Assembly (NCBI GenBank): GCA_051294905.1
Contig: CM119371.1
Location: 26,352,001 to 26,416,000 of the forward strand
Direction of reading: 5' to 3'
DNA: 64,000 nt
Origin: Botryllus schlosseri
Taxonomy: Eukaryota
Shown: piece by piece, positions 44,251 to 58,303 of the stretch
Position numbering within the stretch: the first letter of the stretch is position 1
Layout: each line of letters begins with the position of its first letter
Notes under the pieces: model-generated
Told to the model about the DNA's origin: nothing
Database searches by the model: none
What the model saw: the letters and a program-made list of their open reading frames with translations, nothing else
Made by a program: the position numbers and the translations under genes

Positions 44251-45968
44251 GAGCACCCTTTTTATTTTCATTTTTTTAGTCATTCACCTGGTATTGTGGA
44301 TAGAAAATCGATATTTTGAGATCTGAGCGGAAAGTTGACCTTTTTTTAGTCAACCGACCACAAAGTGGAAAAAATTCACCGATCTTTGAGAATTCTTCCC
44401 CGGTTTTGCAAGTCTCCAATTTCTGAAAAAGTGTCCTCTTTTTAGATTTCCAAACTATGGTAAGCCTAACGTTAGTGGAAATGACATAAGTCCCTGATCT
44501 ATTATGAGTGAACACGTTGTCTTGCGCATATCGATTACAGTGTTATTGGAACAAATATGTTAAAAGTCAATGAAATGAAGATACTACAATGAGGCCACAA
44601 TCATTGCTACAGAAAAAGGAAGTGTTTCAATTCAGTATTATCGTGGCAAACGGCCGCAGCCTTACAATAACGCGGAAACAATGATCGCTATTAAAAAATC
44701 TTGAAGGGACATTCGACATGACTCCAGTTTCTCTACCACGTTCGAGCATAAAATCGTATTTCATCGCACAATGACAGGTGATACACTCAATCACTGTGTA
44801 GGCTACAGTACTTTTACATAATGTACACATTAGAGTCATTGAAAACGCACATAGTGTCACGATACTGGGAAATCTTACCGGTGTCCAAATTGAAAACTTC
44901 ACACATCAAAGGGTTAGCCTGGGCTTGCTGTTTCACGAGAGTATATACGCTAATCATTCTAATACAAAAGGGGACAGTGATTTACTCGTAGCGTTCTGAC
45001 AAACCCTTCGAAACCATGATTGAATTGTGAATACGTGATATCAATTTCTCAATTATGTGTGGTCATCGTCTCAAACGGCTGAACATACTGAAACACACCC
45101 CGGTCCTCACCCATGACCTCAAAGCATGAACCATTGGCACTTCATATCGGTAACTATTTGGTTTTCAATGTAATTAGCAACGCGACATGATAAATGCTTT
45201 GTTCTAATGAGATATCGTTCAAACTAAGACATTCATTAGCTAATGACCCTATCCCAATTGTACGTTTCTGATCTCAATGCGTATTAGAGTATACCGCGGA
45301 AATAGGTCATATAAGTGAAATCACATTGGCTGAGGGTATTACGGAATATTGAAGCCTAATTGCGTCGAGTTCTCTATGAATGTGAAGCTATCAACAATTA
45401 TGCACGAAATTTCACAATAACGTTACGAGTGGAAAGTGACTAAACGGGATAGTGACAAAAAAAATCAGTTTATATCCCAACCTGAAGTATCGTTCGGATT
45501 TGATGACATTTAAAAGAAAGATGAGTTTGGCGAGACGCGTGGGTGTGTGGGTGTGTTACGTAGGCTTAACTATCGACCGACACCGCGCGTAGTGTAGTGC
45601 GATCAAGAGCGAAAACAGCAAACCAAAAATCCTGAAAGGAAAGAAAAGAAATTCTGGTATAGGACTCGATTACTCACGCCGACGATAGTTCCAATTTTTG
45701 GGTAAGGATACAGTATGAAGGAGCGCATGCACTGAGTAACAGTTAGTCTATATCAGCCACCATACCGAATGCATACAATAAGCTAGCATCTTCACCTAAA
45801 AACAAGACAGTGACTTTCGTTATTCATCGGCAACTTCCAAAGATCACAAAATCTGTTCCAACGAGCTTTCTTCCAGTACATTCTTCCGCAGATAAAATAA
45901 AACCAATATCGCGGAATCTGCAACGAAATCTATATATAGTCCATTGATCAGAATAGATTGACTCCCAG

Positions 45969-47129
45969 CAGTGACGTGCGGTGAGGTTCATGGCAGGTGT
46001 GGTACAGACACCCCCCCCGCACACACACATAAAAACACGCCCGCATGTAAAGTACGTGATAAAATGACTTAAATGTGAATAACAACAGCAGGGGGTATAG
46101 AGAGCATTTTCTCCGCACACTGATAGCCGTTGCAAATCCACATTGTACAATAGGCTATATAAAGGACTACTCACTATTGACCATAAGACGGATAATAATT
46201 ACTATCTCTGACGGTATACATTTTTCGAAGCACATGAAAATAGCATCCTCATTTACAAAAACTTTTTCAGTAAAAAACACTAGATTTCGAAAGAAAATAC
46301 ACTACTTGACGCTAGGTCAAGTCAAAATACACTGGAGCTAGTGTAAATTAAAAGCCACTAGGAGAGAAACACCACTGACCACAAACAACGAGAACGCAAA
46401 CTATATGTAAGTATAGCTATCGCATACCACAATTAAGGGTTATTGTATGTATATTGTAGTCGAACACAGTGCATAAAGGCCACAACAGCGACAATGCAGC
46501 TATCACATACCACAATTTTACGTAGCTATGAATGGAAAATACATAACAGCTACATAAGTAAGGGAATTTATTTGCTCCGCATATTATATATTTCCTGCAA
46601 GACTGTTGGATTCCGAAATCGATAGCGCGTTTCACTGTGCTGCGATTGTCAAATTGTTAGTGAATAGTTTATAAGGCAGATTCGTTTGTGCCTCACCTGG
46701 CTGTTGTTTCTCTGCAATGGCATTGTGTGTCATAAAGCCGAATTTTACCTTCCTTGGTGATTGTAGGGGGTTCTGGTGCGCTGATACCGATAATATTTGG
46801 ATTTTCGGAATCAGTGTGAGTATATCATTTGATTGATACCAGGTATTATTAATCCCGAGCTATTTATGATGAATTGCATTGTCATAGGTGAGGCACAACC
46901 CGCCCGTGCCTCACATGTGCCCCACTTCTCATTTCGCACTGTATTTTTGAATATTAATTGTGCAAATTGATGAGGTTGGATGAGAAATGCTTAAATTTAG
47001 TTATTTATGAACATAGGCGTAAAATATCAATAATCATCGACTCATCGGGGATTTTCACAATATTCACTTACTCACCCTGGCGACAGGTGAGGCACTGCCT
47101 CACCTGCCTCATTAAACCCCACGTCGTTG
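45969..47129. mobile_element. Non-autonomous hAT (Tip100-like termini)
   Basis: CAGTGACGTGCGG...CCCACGTCGTTG; perfect TSD ACTCCCAG; GGTGAGGCAC/GCCTCACC subterminal motifs. Confidence 0.8.
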
Positions 47130-49158
47130 ACTCCCAGTGATCAGACTTGAACAAACTCATGGATGTGCAAAATGCGCAACTAGAACTACTTAATTTTCAA
47201 AACTCGCAACTAGAACTAGAATTAGAACTAGCAACCTTTAATATCCAGAGCTAACTAACTAAAACACAACTAACTAATAGTCATAATACGAATAATTGAA
47301 TTACAAATGAGGTAAGAAGTATAATGGGGACAGAATCGGTATTTGATATGTCGGCTTTGAAATGGAACGGAGCTCGGTCCCCAGCGTCTATAGGGCCTAG
47401 GGTATGTCTGTGTTAGTGTTGACTCGGAGCTGGCTATGCTGCAAGATCATCACACAGCACCGGTATCACGACTCACGCCAAACGACGACTCGTTGTCAAG
47501 TGGTTCTACCACTACTGGTAGATATGGATTTCTGCGTGGGATACCATTCAAAGGTGGTCGAAGTAGTATTCATTGATACTCAAATAGAAGTAAAAGTAGC
47601 GATTTTCAGGTAAGTAAAAAGTAATTATTCTGGGCTAGTTGTTTTCAACCGCCGTTCCGCGACAAGTTTCATACCGGTCTGCCAAATATATTAGAATTTT
47701 TGATAATCTCAATTCAAAATGCACGGAGATGGTCGCTTGTCCATTTCATTGTTAAACATAACAATTGGAATTTTTGAACTGATTTAGAAGAGCGGAACAT
47801 ATTTCTATGCATAGCGCAGTGGTTTTTAAAGTTTTATACCGCAAACCATATATGAGTTTTAGCGGCATCTTGCCCCCAAGCCTCACACATCAGAAAGAAT
47901 GCATTTTAATATTTTTTATGATACGTTTACCGGCATGTCTGACATAGAACGCCTAGACAACAACTGTGCGCAATGCATTTCTTCGAAACATGCCTGACGC
48001 ATGCGATTTCAAATTATTGTGCATTAGTTTCCTCCGGCGGTGGGATTTGTGCTGCATTGGCACTACTGTCTGCTCGAATTTTAAGGATGGGAGATTCGGT
48101 GCCGACCATATTGACGACCACACAAATCAATATCGTAGGTTTTCGCCGACCACTGTCGGTCAATCTTGGGGAAGTTTCTACACTCTAAATCCGCAAGGTC
48201 GTATTGAACACTTCACAACACTTTTTTTCTGCGTACAGACACACTTTTTGGGCATATAAACGCATTGGGCCATTATCGTCGCAACGCTTCTGCGTATTTC
48301 TCCGTTTACATGTAACACTTCGCCACTGCGGCTTATTTTCAAAAAAATTTATACTTGGGGTAATTTATCATCAATTTCGTATTCATAAACTATCGGTAGG
48401 TATGGAGATCACATTAAATCATGGTATATGTAAAATAATGTTATTCAACTGACCGAACCACTAAGCTTAAGGGTAGTTTTACAATAAAATATACATATTT
48501 CCCTGTGACGCAGAGGGGTCACCACCTTCGTTACGGTAGAGCGCGCTCGATTTCAGTTTGGAATTTGAATTGGTGGTTCGACAGGCTTCAGGCAGAGAGA
48601 AGGGTACACGAAAAGACTTGGCAGAATGGATATATTGAAGCAGTTTCTGCTACCTGATGGCGTAATGGATCATAACATCCATGTACTGTAAGGTATGGAA
48701 ATGCGGTAAATGTTATTGAATATATGTAATGTGAGAATAGTCATAAAATGAGCTCGTTTTGACATTGCAGTAAGGTCGTTTGATTTAGATGTTTTAGTAG
48801 GCTACTGATATCCCTTATTCATATGAATGTTCTTTAGATGTTTAGTAGTATATGATTCGTCTGATCTTATTGCTGGATGATCGAGCTTCGAATCTGATAA
48901 TATACCAGGCTGCGACCAGGTCCAGTACTACGGTACTGATGGGAAGCTGCTATCGAACTAACTTTTTTGATATATAGATAAAGGGATGTTCTCTCCATCC
49001 ATCCATCCCTATGTAGGCGATATTGTGGTCCATTGTGGACAAGTACTGCAATGTCAGCAATTGAATGCCGGTATGACAGTCATGCAACGGTTTTGATTGT
49101 TTTTCAACTGCAACACATTTTACACTGTACTGTTTATTCCAAGTGGTGAGGTGTTAAC

Positions 49159-49525
49159 TAAAGCGATTTTTTTGACATGTCAAAATAGGTCAAAATTTTG
49201 TCAAAATTGTACCGTTAGGTCAAAAATGGCCAAAATTGTTTACAAAATCATTTTTATTTTGGCAACTTGCATTTCGTATGTATCATAGATGATTGCACTG
49301 TCGGTGAACTTATCATTTTCAATTTACATTTTGTAGCCTACTTTATAGTCCTACCGTTGTAGACGGACCATTGTCTGCTCATTGTGAATCATAAACTGTC
49401 AAATGAAACAAATGCTCAACGTAGCCTACTTCACTATCCTAACTGAAGCAAGATTGCGTGGGCATTGGTTATTTTATTAGAAACCGTATGATGAAAAATT
49501 GCGATGTAGACAACTTTGTCATAAT

Positions 49526-49558
<33 letters not shown>

Positions 49559-50023
49559 GGAGTGTATGCACAACTTCAGTGTAGCCGGCCAACAACTGCC
49601 GCTGGTGAACGTTCTTTCTTCATTCTTGCCAAGCTACGTAGTTAGGACAGACACTTTCTACCCGAAAATGTAGTAAAGTATCTTTCGTTGTACCACAACA
49701 AAGTTTTAATTATTTTTACCATAATACGAGATGTAACTAATACTAAAATTCTCCACGGGTCCAGATTTCGATAAAATAAGGTTTTTTCATGTAAAAATCT
49801 GTCAGTTTTCATGCTAAAAGATTTTCTCAGGTCAAACTTCTTCGGAAGAACAGACAGCTCCAGCCAGAAATAAAGATAAGTACCGGTAGTACAATTCTAA
49901 CATTATGTGAGAAACACCTAATTTAAGTACATGGGGTCAAAATTAAGTTTTTCATCATCAAAATATGTGTGAATTTGGATTTTTTAGTCAAATTTCCCTT
50001 TTCAGGTCCAAAAAATCGCCCTA
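49159..50023. mobile_element. Unclassified TIR element (GCGATTTTT ends), copy 1; contains (GA)n at ~49526-49560
   Basis: AAAGCGATTTTTTTGAC...GTCCAAAAAATCGCCCTA; inverted colinear copy at 61071-61898. Confidence 0.7.
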
Positions 50024-50949
50024 ATGATAGCACAGTCAAACGAACAATCTTTTCAACAAACCATGGATCACAAGGGGTAGTATTTATTTTACCCAATCCC
50101 CAAATTTGACTTTTCTGAGTTTATATTATGATACGGTAACTGAACTAAACTCTATTTTGCAGGTAGTATGTATTGAAATTGGCACCTTTTTGAAATGCAT
50201 TTGCTATATGGAATCCTGGTAAGCATCACGGTGTTTTGTAAGTGAACTGGTATATCCTTAGAGAATGAATTTGATTCTGTTGCATTCGGTCATCTTCGTG
50301 ATAAAGATTTTTATGAATGTTTGCTGATAAAATTTCACTAAAATTGTTAACAATCCAGGAAGTATACTACCTGTGCCAGAGTAAAATTGGTGGTAACGTC
50401 ATGTGCAACTTTCCATTCCATTACTTAATTATTCTATGAAAGACACCCTTATGTCATGCACAACCTGTTGCAGAAAACAACAACAGTATCCAGTATGATA
50501 TCTGCGTGATTACTGAGCAGTTCATTTGCATTTCGAATTTTCGCAACAAATATTTTCTTTTCAATAGTCTTGGATTGATCCTCACATTCGTCCAACAGAT
50601 GTCGACTCTTTAAAAAGAGCCCCCTTGGTCTACCGTGCCTGCGCTATCGGACAATGTTGACAGTGACGTGAGGAGTCGTTCGTAACGGGTTTTGTGCCGG
50701 CACAGTCATCTTATGGGATACAGACCTTTGTCTTAAGAACCCATGGATACATGTGATTATGTAAGCCTATTTATTCATTTTATATATCACCATTGATTAT
50801 GTAATTTGCTGGTTTTTGCAGTCCTACTTTTCTCACGAACTATCTCGCAGAGTATCTTACAGACTATTCGATATGAGCTGAAAAAGGCTTCATCAGTGTA
50901 CACTATACAGTGTACGTACACTGAACTGTATACACTGAACACTATAGAC

Positions 50950-52305
50950 CAGGGGTTCTCAACCTGGGGGGCGAGCCCCCCTTGGGGGGCGCGGGAGGCT
51001 CTCAGGGGGGGGGGCGAGAAATTGACGAAGTCAGTATAAGGGGGGCGCGTGAAATTGACAAAGTCAGTATAAATTGTACGTGTCTGAACATGTGTTTCAC
51101 ATCCATTATGAGAAGACGATTAATGAAGATGAAATTTATTCCATATTCAGGAAAGCTTGCAAAATACAAACTCTAGCAACAGCGCTCAACTGAGTATAGT
51201 CTGATTTCAACTTCATTTGAGCAAATTTTTGAAATTCTTTGGAGATATAGGGAGCAATTCCCACGTGTAAGTCATTCATTGCTTCATAGCTTTGACAGTA
51301 GCCTAAAGCTTGTCGCGCTGGTCAGCTCTTGTTAGTAGCTTGCGAACTGCACTGCCTAAGACAGATTTAGATGCATCATAGGTGGCCCGGTTTCGCCCTC
51401 AATTCGGCTATAACTCAACACAATTATTTCATTTCGAAAACCGATCAAATTTAGCCTGGCAGGACAGAACGACGCCTTGCTCTCTGTACTCACTACCAGC
51501 ATCAGGATTAGTCTCAGGGTGACCTACATTAAAATTAATTAATGGATGTCTTGTTTTTTGTTATTTTCAAACAAATTTGAAGAAATTTGTCAGCAATGTA
51601 AAAGACACAACAACTGGAATGCAGATTCAAAATTGGCGTAAGATATACCTTATGTATACTATTAGATCAGGGGTGGGCAGCCTGCAGCCGTAGAAGGGAA
51701 TTTGAGCGGCCGTCGACGCCTAATTCAATTAGTATGTGTTGGCGGCCGTAGACATGCAAATTGCAATTACGAATTCACTCCCGCATTTTCGAGAGATTTT
51801 AATTAATCTTGAAATTTTCTTCGCCCTTCGTGCAATTCAACAAGACTTCATTTTTCTATTTTAATGCAGTAGCGCCCTTCTTAATCTGAGCCGGAATGGG
51901 AATTGGCAAGAAATAGCAATTCGTTCACGGCCCTGAAAAATTTTCGCGCTCCGCGCGACAAAATGCACCTCCCGGCAACTATTCATAACATTGCCACTCG
52001 CGATTTCGGTGCGTACAATAGGCCATTGTAAAAAGTAAATAGTCCGGAGTTCACCGGGAATGGATATGGACAGTTTACCGTAGGAATTTTGCGTCCAGAT
52101 CGTTCATTGCGGCTGTGCCCTGGAATGCGGCCTTACGCTACATAAGCAATCGAAATGCGGTCATGATTATCAAAAACGTTGCCCACCTCTGTATTAGATG
52201 ATGTGATCTTTTTGACATGACGATAAATGCAAGGGGGTCAGGGGGGCGCGAGTTTTTTGACCATATCCAAGGGGGGCGCGTGTCAAAAAAGGTTGAGAAC
52301 CACTG
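50950..52305. mobile_element. Composite Buster/Charlie-type hAT MITE (copy 2) with nested element 51668-52191
   Basis: TIR CAGGGGTTCTCAACC...GGTTGAGAACCACTG; perfect TSD CTATAGAC; inner perfect TSD TATTAGAT; absent from the duplicate at ~54503. Confidence 0.92.
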
Positions 52306-53138
52306 CTATAGACCGAACACAGATGTAGTTGAATGTAATGAGCTCGTGTAACTTGTACTTGAACTATTGCTTACTGAACTATAATGGGCTAGGTCAGTGG
52401 TTCTCAACCTGGGGGGCTGAGCACCTCTCCTGCGCTTCTGTAACCTACCTGTGTGAAATATTTATATTTACTTCTGCATAAAATTTACAATTTTCCTTTG
52501 GTATTTATTGTATTTTCTAGGAGCAGCATTTGGATTTGACCAGTAAAAAAAAGAGCCGCCATGGCACGCCACGAATCAGGGAATCATCAAGCCTGGGTTG
52601 CGGCTGATGGAAAGAATATGGAAAATGCCCTAATGTGCAGGTAGTATGTATTGCGATTGGCACCTTTTTGAAATCTTATTGTTGTTTAAAATACTGGTAA
52701 GCATCGCCGTGTTTCGTAAGTAAACTGGTATATCCTTAGATAATGAATTTGATTCTGATGCATTCGGTTATTTTTATGAATGTTTGCTGGTAAAATTTCA
52801 CTAAAATGATTAACAATCCAAGAAAGTATGCTACTCGTGCTGGAGTAAAATTGGTGGTAAGGTCACATGCAACTTTCCATTACAATAATAATTGTTCTAT
52901 GAAAAACACCCTTTTGTCACATACAATGTATCCTGTCTGATATCTGCGTAAATACTGAATGCTGGTAACGTCATATTTTGTGATACGATTATTGATGTGC
53001 AACGTTCTTTCGAGTTCTCTACTAGTTGCTGACGATTACCCCTGACGAGTATCAGCCGAAAATATTCGGGCTCATTTCAATATGCATATACTATTCAATT
53101 TTATGTTGAAGTTTTGTACCCCGAAGAAGCTGTTCCAT

Positions 53139-54270
53139 AGGCGCCGAACGCTAATTTTCCTTAGGCATGCGAGTTCGATGACGTCACAAAGGAATGACGT
53201 CATGATCCGACGGAATTGATAATTAGTGATAATATAGCATGAGGGTTAAGTGCCTGCATAAATGCCGATTATGCAATATCTTCGTGTTAACAAACTTGCG
53301 CGTATTATAAGCTTGTCAACGAGTCCGGAAGCGCTGTCAATTAGCGAGTCCCTGATCGCTAGCGAACAATTAAATACGCTGCTTATCAACGCGTATTACG
53401 TAACCTCGGCGACGATTTGCGCAAGGCAAAATGTCAGAGTTGTTATGGAATCTGTTCTATAATGGCACCGATTTCAGGTTGTTCAAACCTTTCTCGTCTT
53501 TTACAACTCAAGCCTTGATAGTTGACACACATCTTCTGATGGTTATGTTTAGGTAATAGCGGAATTCACTTACGCATGCACGGCGCACTCACAATCGCAC
53601 ATGTCTGCGGACATTCGATGTCATTCAGGTCAGCGATGTCGTTCTTTAATTAAAATCGCTAACCAACAAACACCTAACGGCATTGTCACCAAGCCATCGA
53701 AAGATTGGAGCTAACGCATGCTAGGCTCGAGAGAAGGGAGCCAACGCATGCTCGGCTCTAGACGCGATAGTTGGCCAGCGATGATATCTTTCGTACCGGG
53801 CCTGTTGCAGATGCGATTGTGTAGGCAAGCGATAATATCGTGTGCGCCAATGCAGATGCGATAGTGCAGGCAGAGATGGCACCGGGCCTACTGCTGATGT
53901 GATTGTTCATCATGCTCAAGCGAGTGAAACTAGGCTTGTCGGAGACGCGATAAAGCAGGCAAGCGTCCCAAGCGATGATTGCCGAGCGCACGGCAATCAA
54001 TGACACAATTTCGCGATCATCTCAGCGGGAGATCGCGTCGCGTTACATTGTGCGTGCACAGACAAATCTCGTTAACTGGCAACGCGCTTGTAGCTAATTG
54101 GCCGCGCGCAACGGGTTACCTCGCTCACATAAGCGGTAGCAGGTAATGTCGTAAACGGAAATACATTGCGATTCGTTCTAAATAACACAATTGGGGTTTA
54201 TGCCGATTCATGCCAAACCGAATTCTAGGCATGCCGCATGCCTAAAAAAGTGTCTAGCTGCTGTTCGAAT
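53139..54270. mobile_element. GC-richer insertion with degenerate TIRs, unclassified
   Basis: CGAACGCTA..TTAGGCATGCG at the left mirrors CGCATGCCTAA..TAGC..GTTCG at the right; absent from the first duplicate copy. Confidence 0.45.
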
Positions 54271-56958
54271 ATTGAATATTTCCCTTGAGAAGTCATCTGA
54301 ACAGATGTTGTGCCGGTGCAGTCATTTTTTGCGATACATACTTTTGCCTCAAGAACCCATGGAAACATGTGATTATGTAAGTCTATTTATTCATTTCATA
54401 TATCACCATTGATTATGTAATGTGCTGGTTTTTGCAGTCCCAATTTTCTCAGAAACTATCTATATATGCGATATGAGCTGAAGAGAGGCTTGATCAGTGT
54501 ACATTGAACAGAGGTGTTGTTGAATGTAAAGAGCTGGTGTAACTTGTATTTAAACTACTGCTTACTGAACTATACTTGGAACATCCAATTGAGATCAATT
54601 CCCATGTCGTGCTAATTCCAATTAATTTTGTTAATTAAATTCAATCAGGAATGAAGGATTTTGAAAGATTAAGAACAGTTACAATTACTGCAATGAAGGA
54701 AAAGTATTCAACACCTTCGATAAGATGTCACAAAGTTTTTGTACTAAAGACAATCAATGTGTCCTTTGTCTGGTATATTTTCTCGTCTCTACTCAAAGCA
54801 GCTATAAAATCTTAGAATCAAAGTTATATGTAAAGCCTACCGTATGTCAATTATTATAATGGAAATCCGAACCCATAGGAATAACGATTCTACTATATTT
54901 ATTGTCGGATCTTGTTTGCAATCAATTACATTTTCAGCAAAACGAGGTTGAAGTCAACTGTCTACTTCTCAAAGCCAAATTGGGAGACAAACGAATATAA
55001 TCTAAGACCCAAGCGCATGTCTTATTGAAACAGGTACCGTAATCTTTCTTTTTTGTGGACCATACAAATTTACATAGACCTGCGACGTTCTGCTATAAAT
55101 TTCATTCTGAGTTACAGTTCTGCATTCTCACTGTTGCCTGTGCGTTTGAATGTCAATGCAACTGTCAAAATGGCAGAATTGAAAAAAACGCAGACCTGAT
55201 TCAAGATATTTTTATTAGTCGTTATGCTAATTTTAGTCCTTCTCAGTGATAGGATTTCACATGTATCCGAGCGCCTTTCCTGCACTTGTGTAACCTGCAT
55301 GTGTGAAATATTTATATTTATTTCTGCATAAAATTTAGAATTTTCATTGACATATTCAAAACTTTGAAATTTAATCACATTTTCAAGGAGCGCAACTTGG
55401 AGTCGACCAGTAGAAAAGAAACAAGCACCATAGCACGCCACGAATCAGAGTTTGACCGAGCCTGGATTGTAGCTGATGGCAAGAATATAAAACTGCTTCA
55501 GTGAAAATGCAATATTCAGAAACATTGTTGACGTTTTGAGCTGCTATGCATTAGATTGTCATACCATAAGGGAGTGGTTCTCAAACAGGAGAAAGCATTT
55601 GAAAGGGCATGAAGCCGCTGTCAACTAAAATCTTTTTCGCACATGGCAGCTTGTAGTTATTTCTCTGTGTATGGTCAGAATTTAATATTTGAATATTCTC
55701 TCATCAACAACCATTACCGTCACGGCCATCCAACTATCCGTTGGGATTTCTAGCGTTCTGGTTGCTTTTTTAAATTTTATGATACGACGATAAGGGGTGT
55801 GTGAATTTTTTTGCTATCATATGGGAGCGTGTCCAAAAATGTTTACGAACCACTGCCCTAATGACTTCCAGATTTCATATTTTGCAGCAGACTGGTAAAT
55901 AACAACAAAATCTTTTCTGTGAATCTGCAAAATTTGACTGGACTCAAAGAAACGATTTCTTTGTTATTTAAACAAAAGTGATTGGCATTAACCTGATATA
56001 AATACTTGTAATGCAAGCCCTAGAATATTTTTGATGCCTGGTTAGCAGGCCCAATTTTATTAAGAGTAAAAACAATACCTATGGTTGTTTATCGTGGTAG
56101 TGGTAGTGATACTGATACATTCATTGTTTGTTTGTTTACAATAACATTAGAAATTTACAAGCCATAATTCGATCAGTTTTAAATAAGTTGTAATGATTTG
56201 TGTTGATCATGTAACGGACGTAACCAATGAATTTGATTCCATGCCCCTGTCACGAAAGTTTAAGATACTAAATGATATTTTGTTATTACTATCCCTATAA
56301 TTCCCTATGCATTCATTTTCATGATTGAGCGAGTTGCATGATATTTGTAGTGAGTTTGCTTTTAATCATTTGTGATGTTCGTGATTTCATGGACTATTCC
56401 AGAAACGGTTTCAACTGCTGATCTGAATTTATGAAACCCTGTCACAGCACCTATTGAAAATTTCAATGCTTGCACGTATTTAATCACCCAGGTTGGGTAT
56501 TATAAGCGTCATTTATTCATGAATCAATAAAATCTGATTTTATTTTGAGCCCTGCGTTCCGGTGACTAGACAACCAGCCAATTTGAGACTGAACACTTTT
56601 TAGGTAAACACTTTTAATTTAAACACTTCGCAACACTTCTAGGCGTTCAATTTTTGGATCACGTTTCGTGTTCAATTTTCCGGGTTGAGGAACACTTCAA
56701 AACTTAGAGTGTAATGCCGCGGGTCTTTTTTGGAACCTCACTTTGCCCAGCCGTAGGTTGTCCAAAACCTAATGTATTCATGTGTCCTGGTGCGACAGTG
56801 GGTGACCTCGAAATATCCTACCTGTGTATCACAATTGCGCACCCGCCCGTTGCATGCACCAATACTAAAGAACACGAACGGTATCTATGGCAGCCTCTTC
56901 CAGAGGAACCACTGTCTGACATATATTATCATGAATTCAAATTAGTTTGTGTTATACA

Positions 56959-58303
56959 CAGGCCGTGTTATTTTTGGCATTTCAGGAGCCAGATGCCAAA
57001 ACTGCCAAAAATAAAAATTTGAAAATGCCAAAAATAACTAATTTTTGGCATATGCCAAAAATAACACGGCCTGCCAATAGTGTATTTCTTTCATGGTGTT
57101 GTGTTAACAGGACCGCATTACAAGCTAGAAGAGCGTGTGTGAAGGGCAGGTTTCTTACTCTATGAGTCCAGCCCACCCATTAGGGGAGAAAGCATGGTGT
57201 CCTAAATGGTGTGGGCACAGCGAGATTGAACGGCGGCTGACTGCATTTGGTTTCCATTTGTCCAAAGGCAATTTTACGGCCATTTTTGACCCGCTTGGCG
57301 AGCGCTAAATTTGATAAAACGAGTATCAATGGAATGCTGCCGCTGTACTGATTACTAAAATATAAATTGTATTCTGCTCATGGATTTGGAACCCCTAAAT
57401 TCAACCACGATTTTTGCATTGTGATCGAGTTGAACATTGTGACACAACAAACAGTCCGGCTACTTCAGAGCTGCAGTCTCGTTTTGCCAGACAGTCTTGT
57501 TGCGTTAATGTTCTTAAACAAGGTAATCTTCCCAGGACTCTTCCATGTGAGTTGGTAATATTAAAGCCATCTGATGTGACAAAAGTCCTCCTAAAATATA
57601 TCGGTAGACTGATGGAGATGGGATGGTCGTGCTACAAAATAGAATGTGTTGAGAGACAACACAGGGAACTCCTGGAAAAGTATCGGGAAGAAAATTCTTT
57701 CCGCGATGAGATCGATGGCACTAGCGCAGTGATCTCTTTTCATGATGCTTGGAAGGCGGTTCTGCCCTCCGAAATTTTGAAGCTCTGATAACCTTTTGTG
57801 GAGGACTGGCAACATTCTTTCCCTCAACGGCTACTGTTGAAGTCGATATTTCCCAGATTCGTTAGGCGAAAAATTAATTCAGGAGAAACTTTGCTGACCT
57901 GACTTTGGAAGCACTGTTACAGTGCAAACAATTTAAGTCTATTCAAAAGCTGTAACAATCAGGTGTGGAGCGTGTTTGTTAGGCTTCTCAGTCTTTTTGC
58001 TTATTGGCACCGATCCCGAATGGATACTGCACATTTTGTGGTTTCGTTTGATATTATTAACGTATGTAATCGCTAGGTTTTTTCTTCTTATTATTGTTTG
58101 TTGGTACTGATTATAAGTGGATGCTGCACATATTTTGCTCTCTATTGATAAACCGACCCAAATAAAGCGTTTTTATGACTAATTCGAGTCTGAAAATATC
58201 TATTTAGAGGTCGATGCCAAAACTGCCAAAAATAAAAATTGAAAAATGCCAAAAATAAGCTATTTTTGGCAGTTTTGGCATATGCCAAAAATAACACGGC
58301 CTG
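56959..58303 (+). mobile_element. hAT element, CAGGCCGTGTTATTTTTGGCAT family (long copy) with transposase C-terminal remnant ~57560-57955
   Basis: 22-bp TIR; perfect TSD GTTATACA; remnant ..SFHDAWK..FCGGLATFFPSTATVEVDISQIR*AKN*FRRNFADLTLEALLQCKQF resembles a hAT dimerisation region. Confidence 0.9.

Larger units (their letters stand above)
50157..55490. repeat. Local tandem duplication (unit A-B-C twice), each copy interrupted by different insertions
   Basis: A 50157-50515 ~ 52637-52960; B 50693-50903 + 52312-52388 ~ 54310-54575; C 52422-52620 ~ 55272-55488. Confidence 0.8.

Noticed and set aside
49526..49560. (GA)n tract
   Set aside because: Ordinary microsatellite expansion within a TIR element; absent from the second copy
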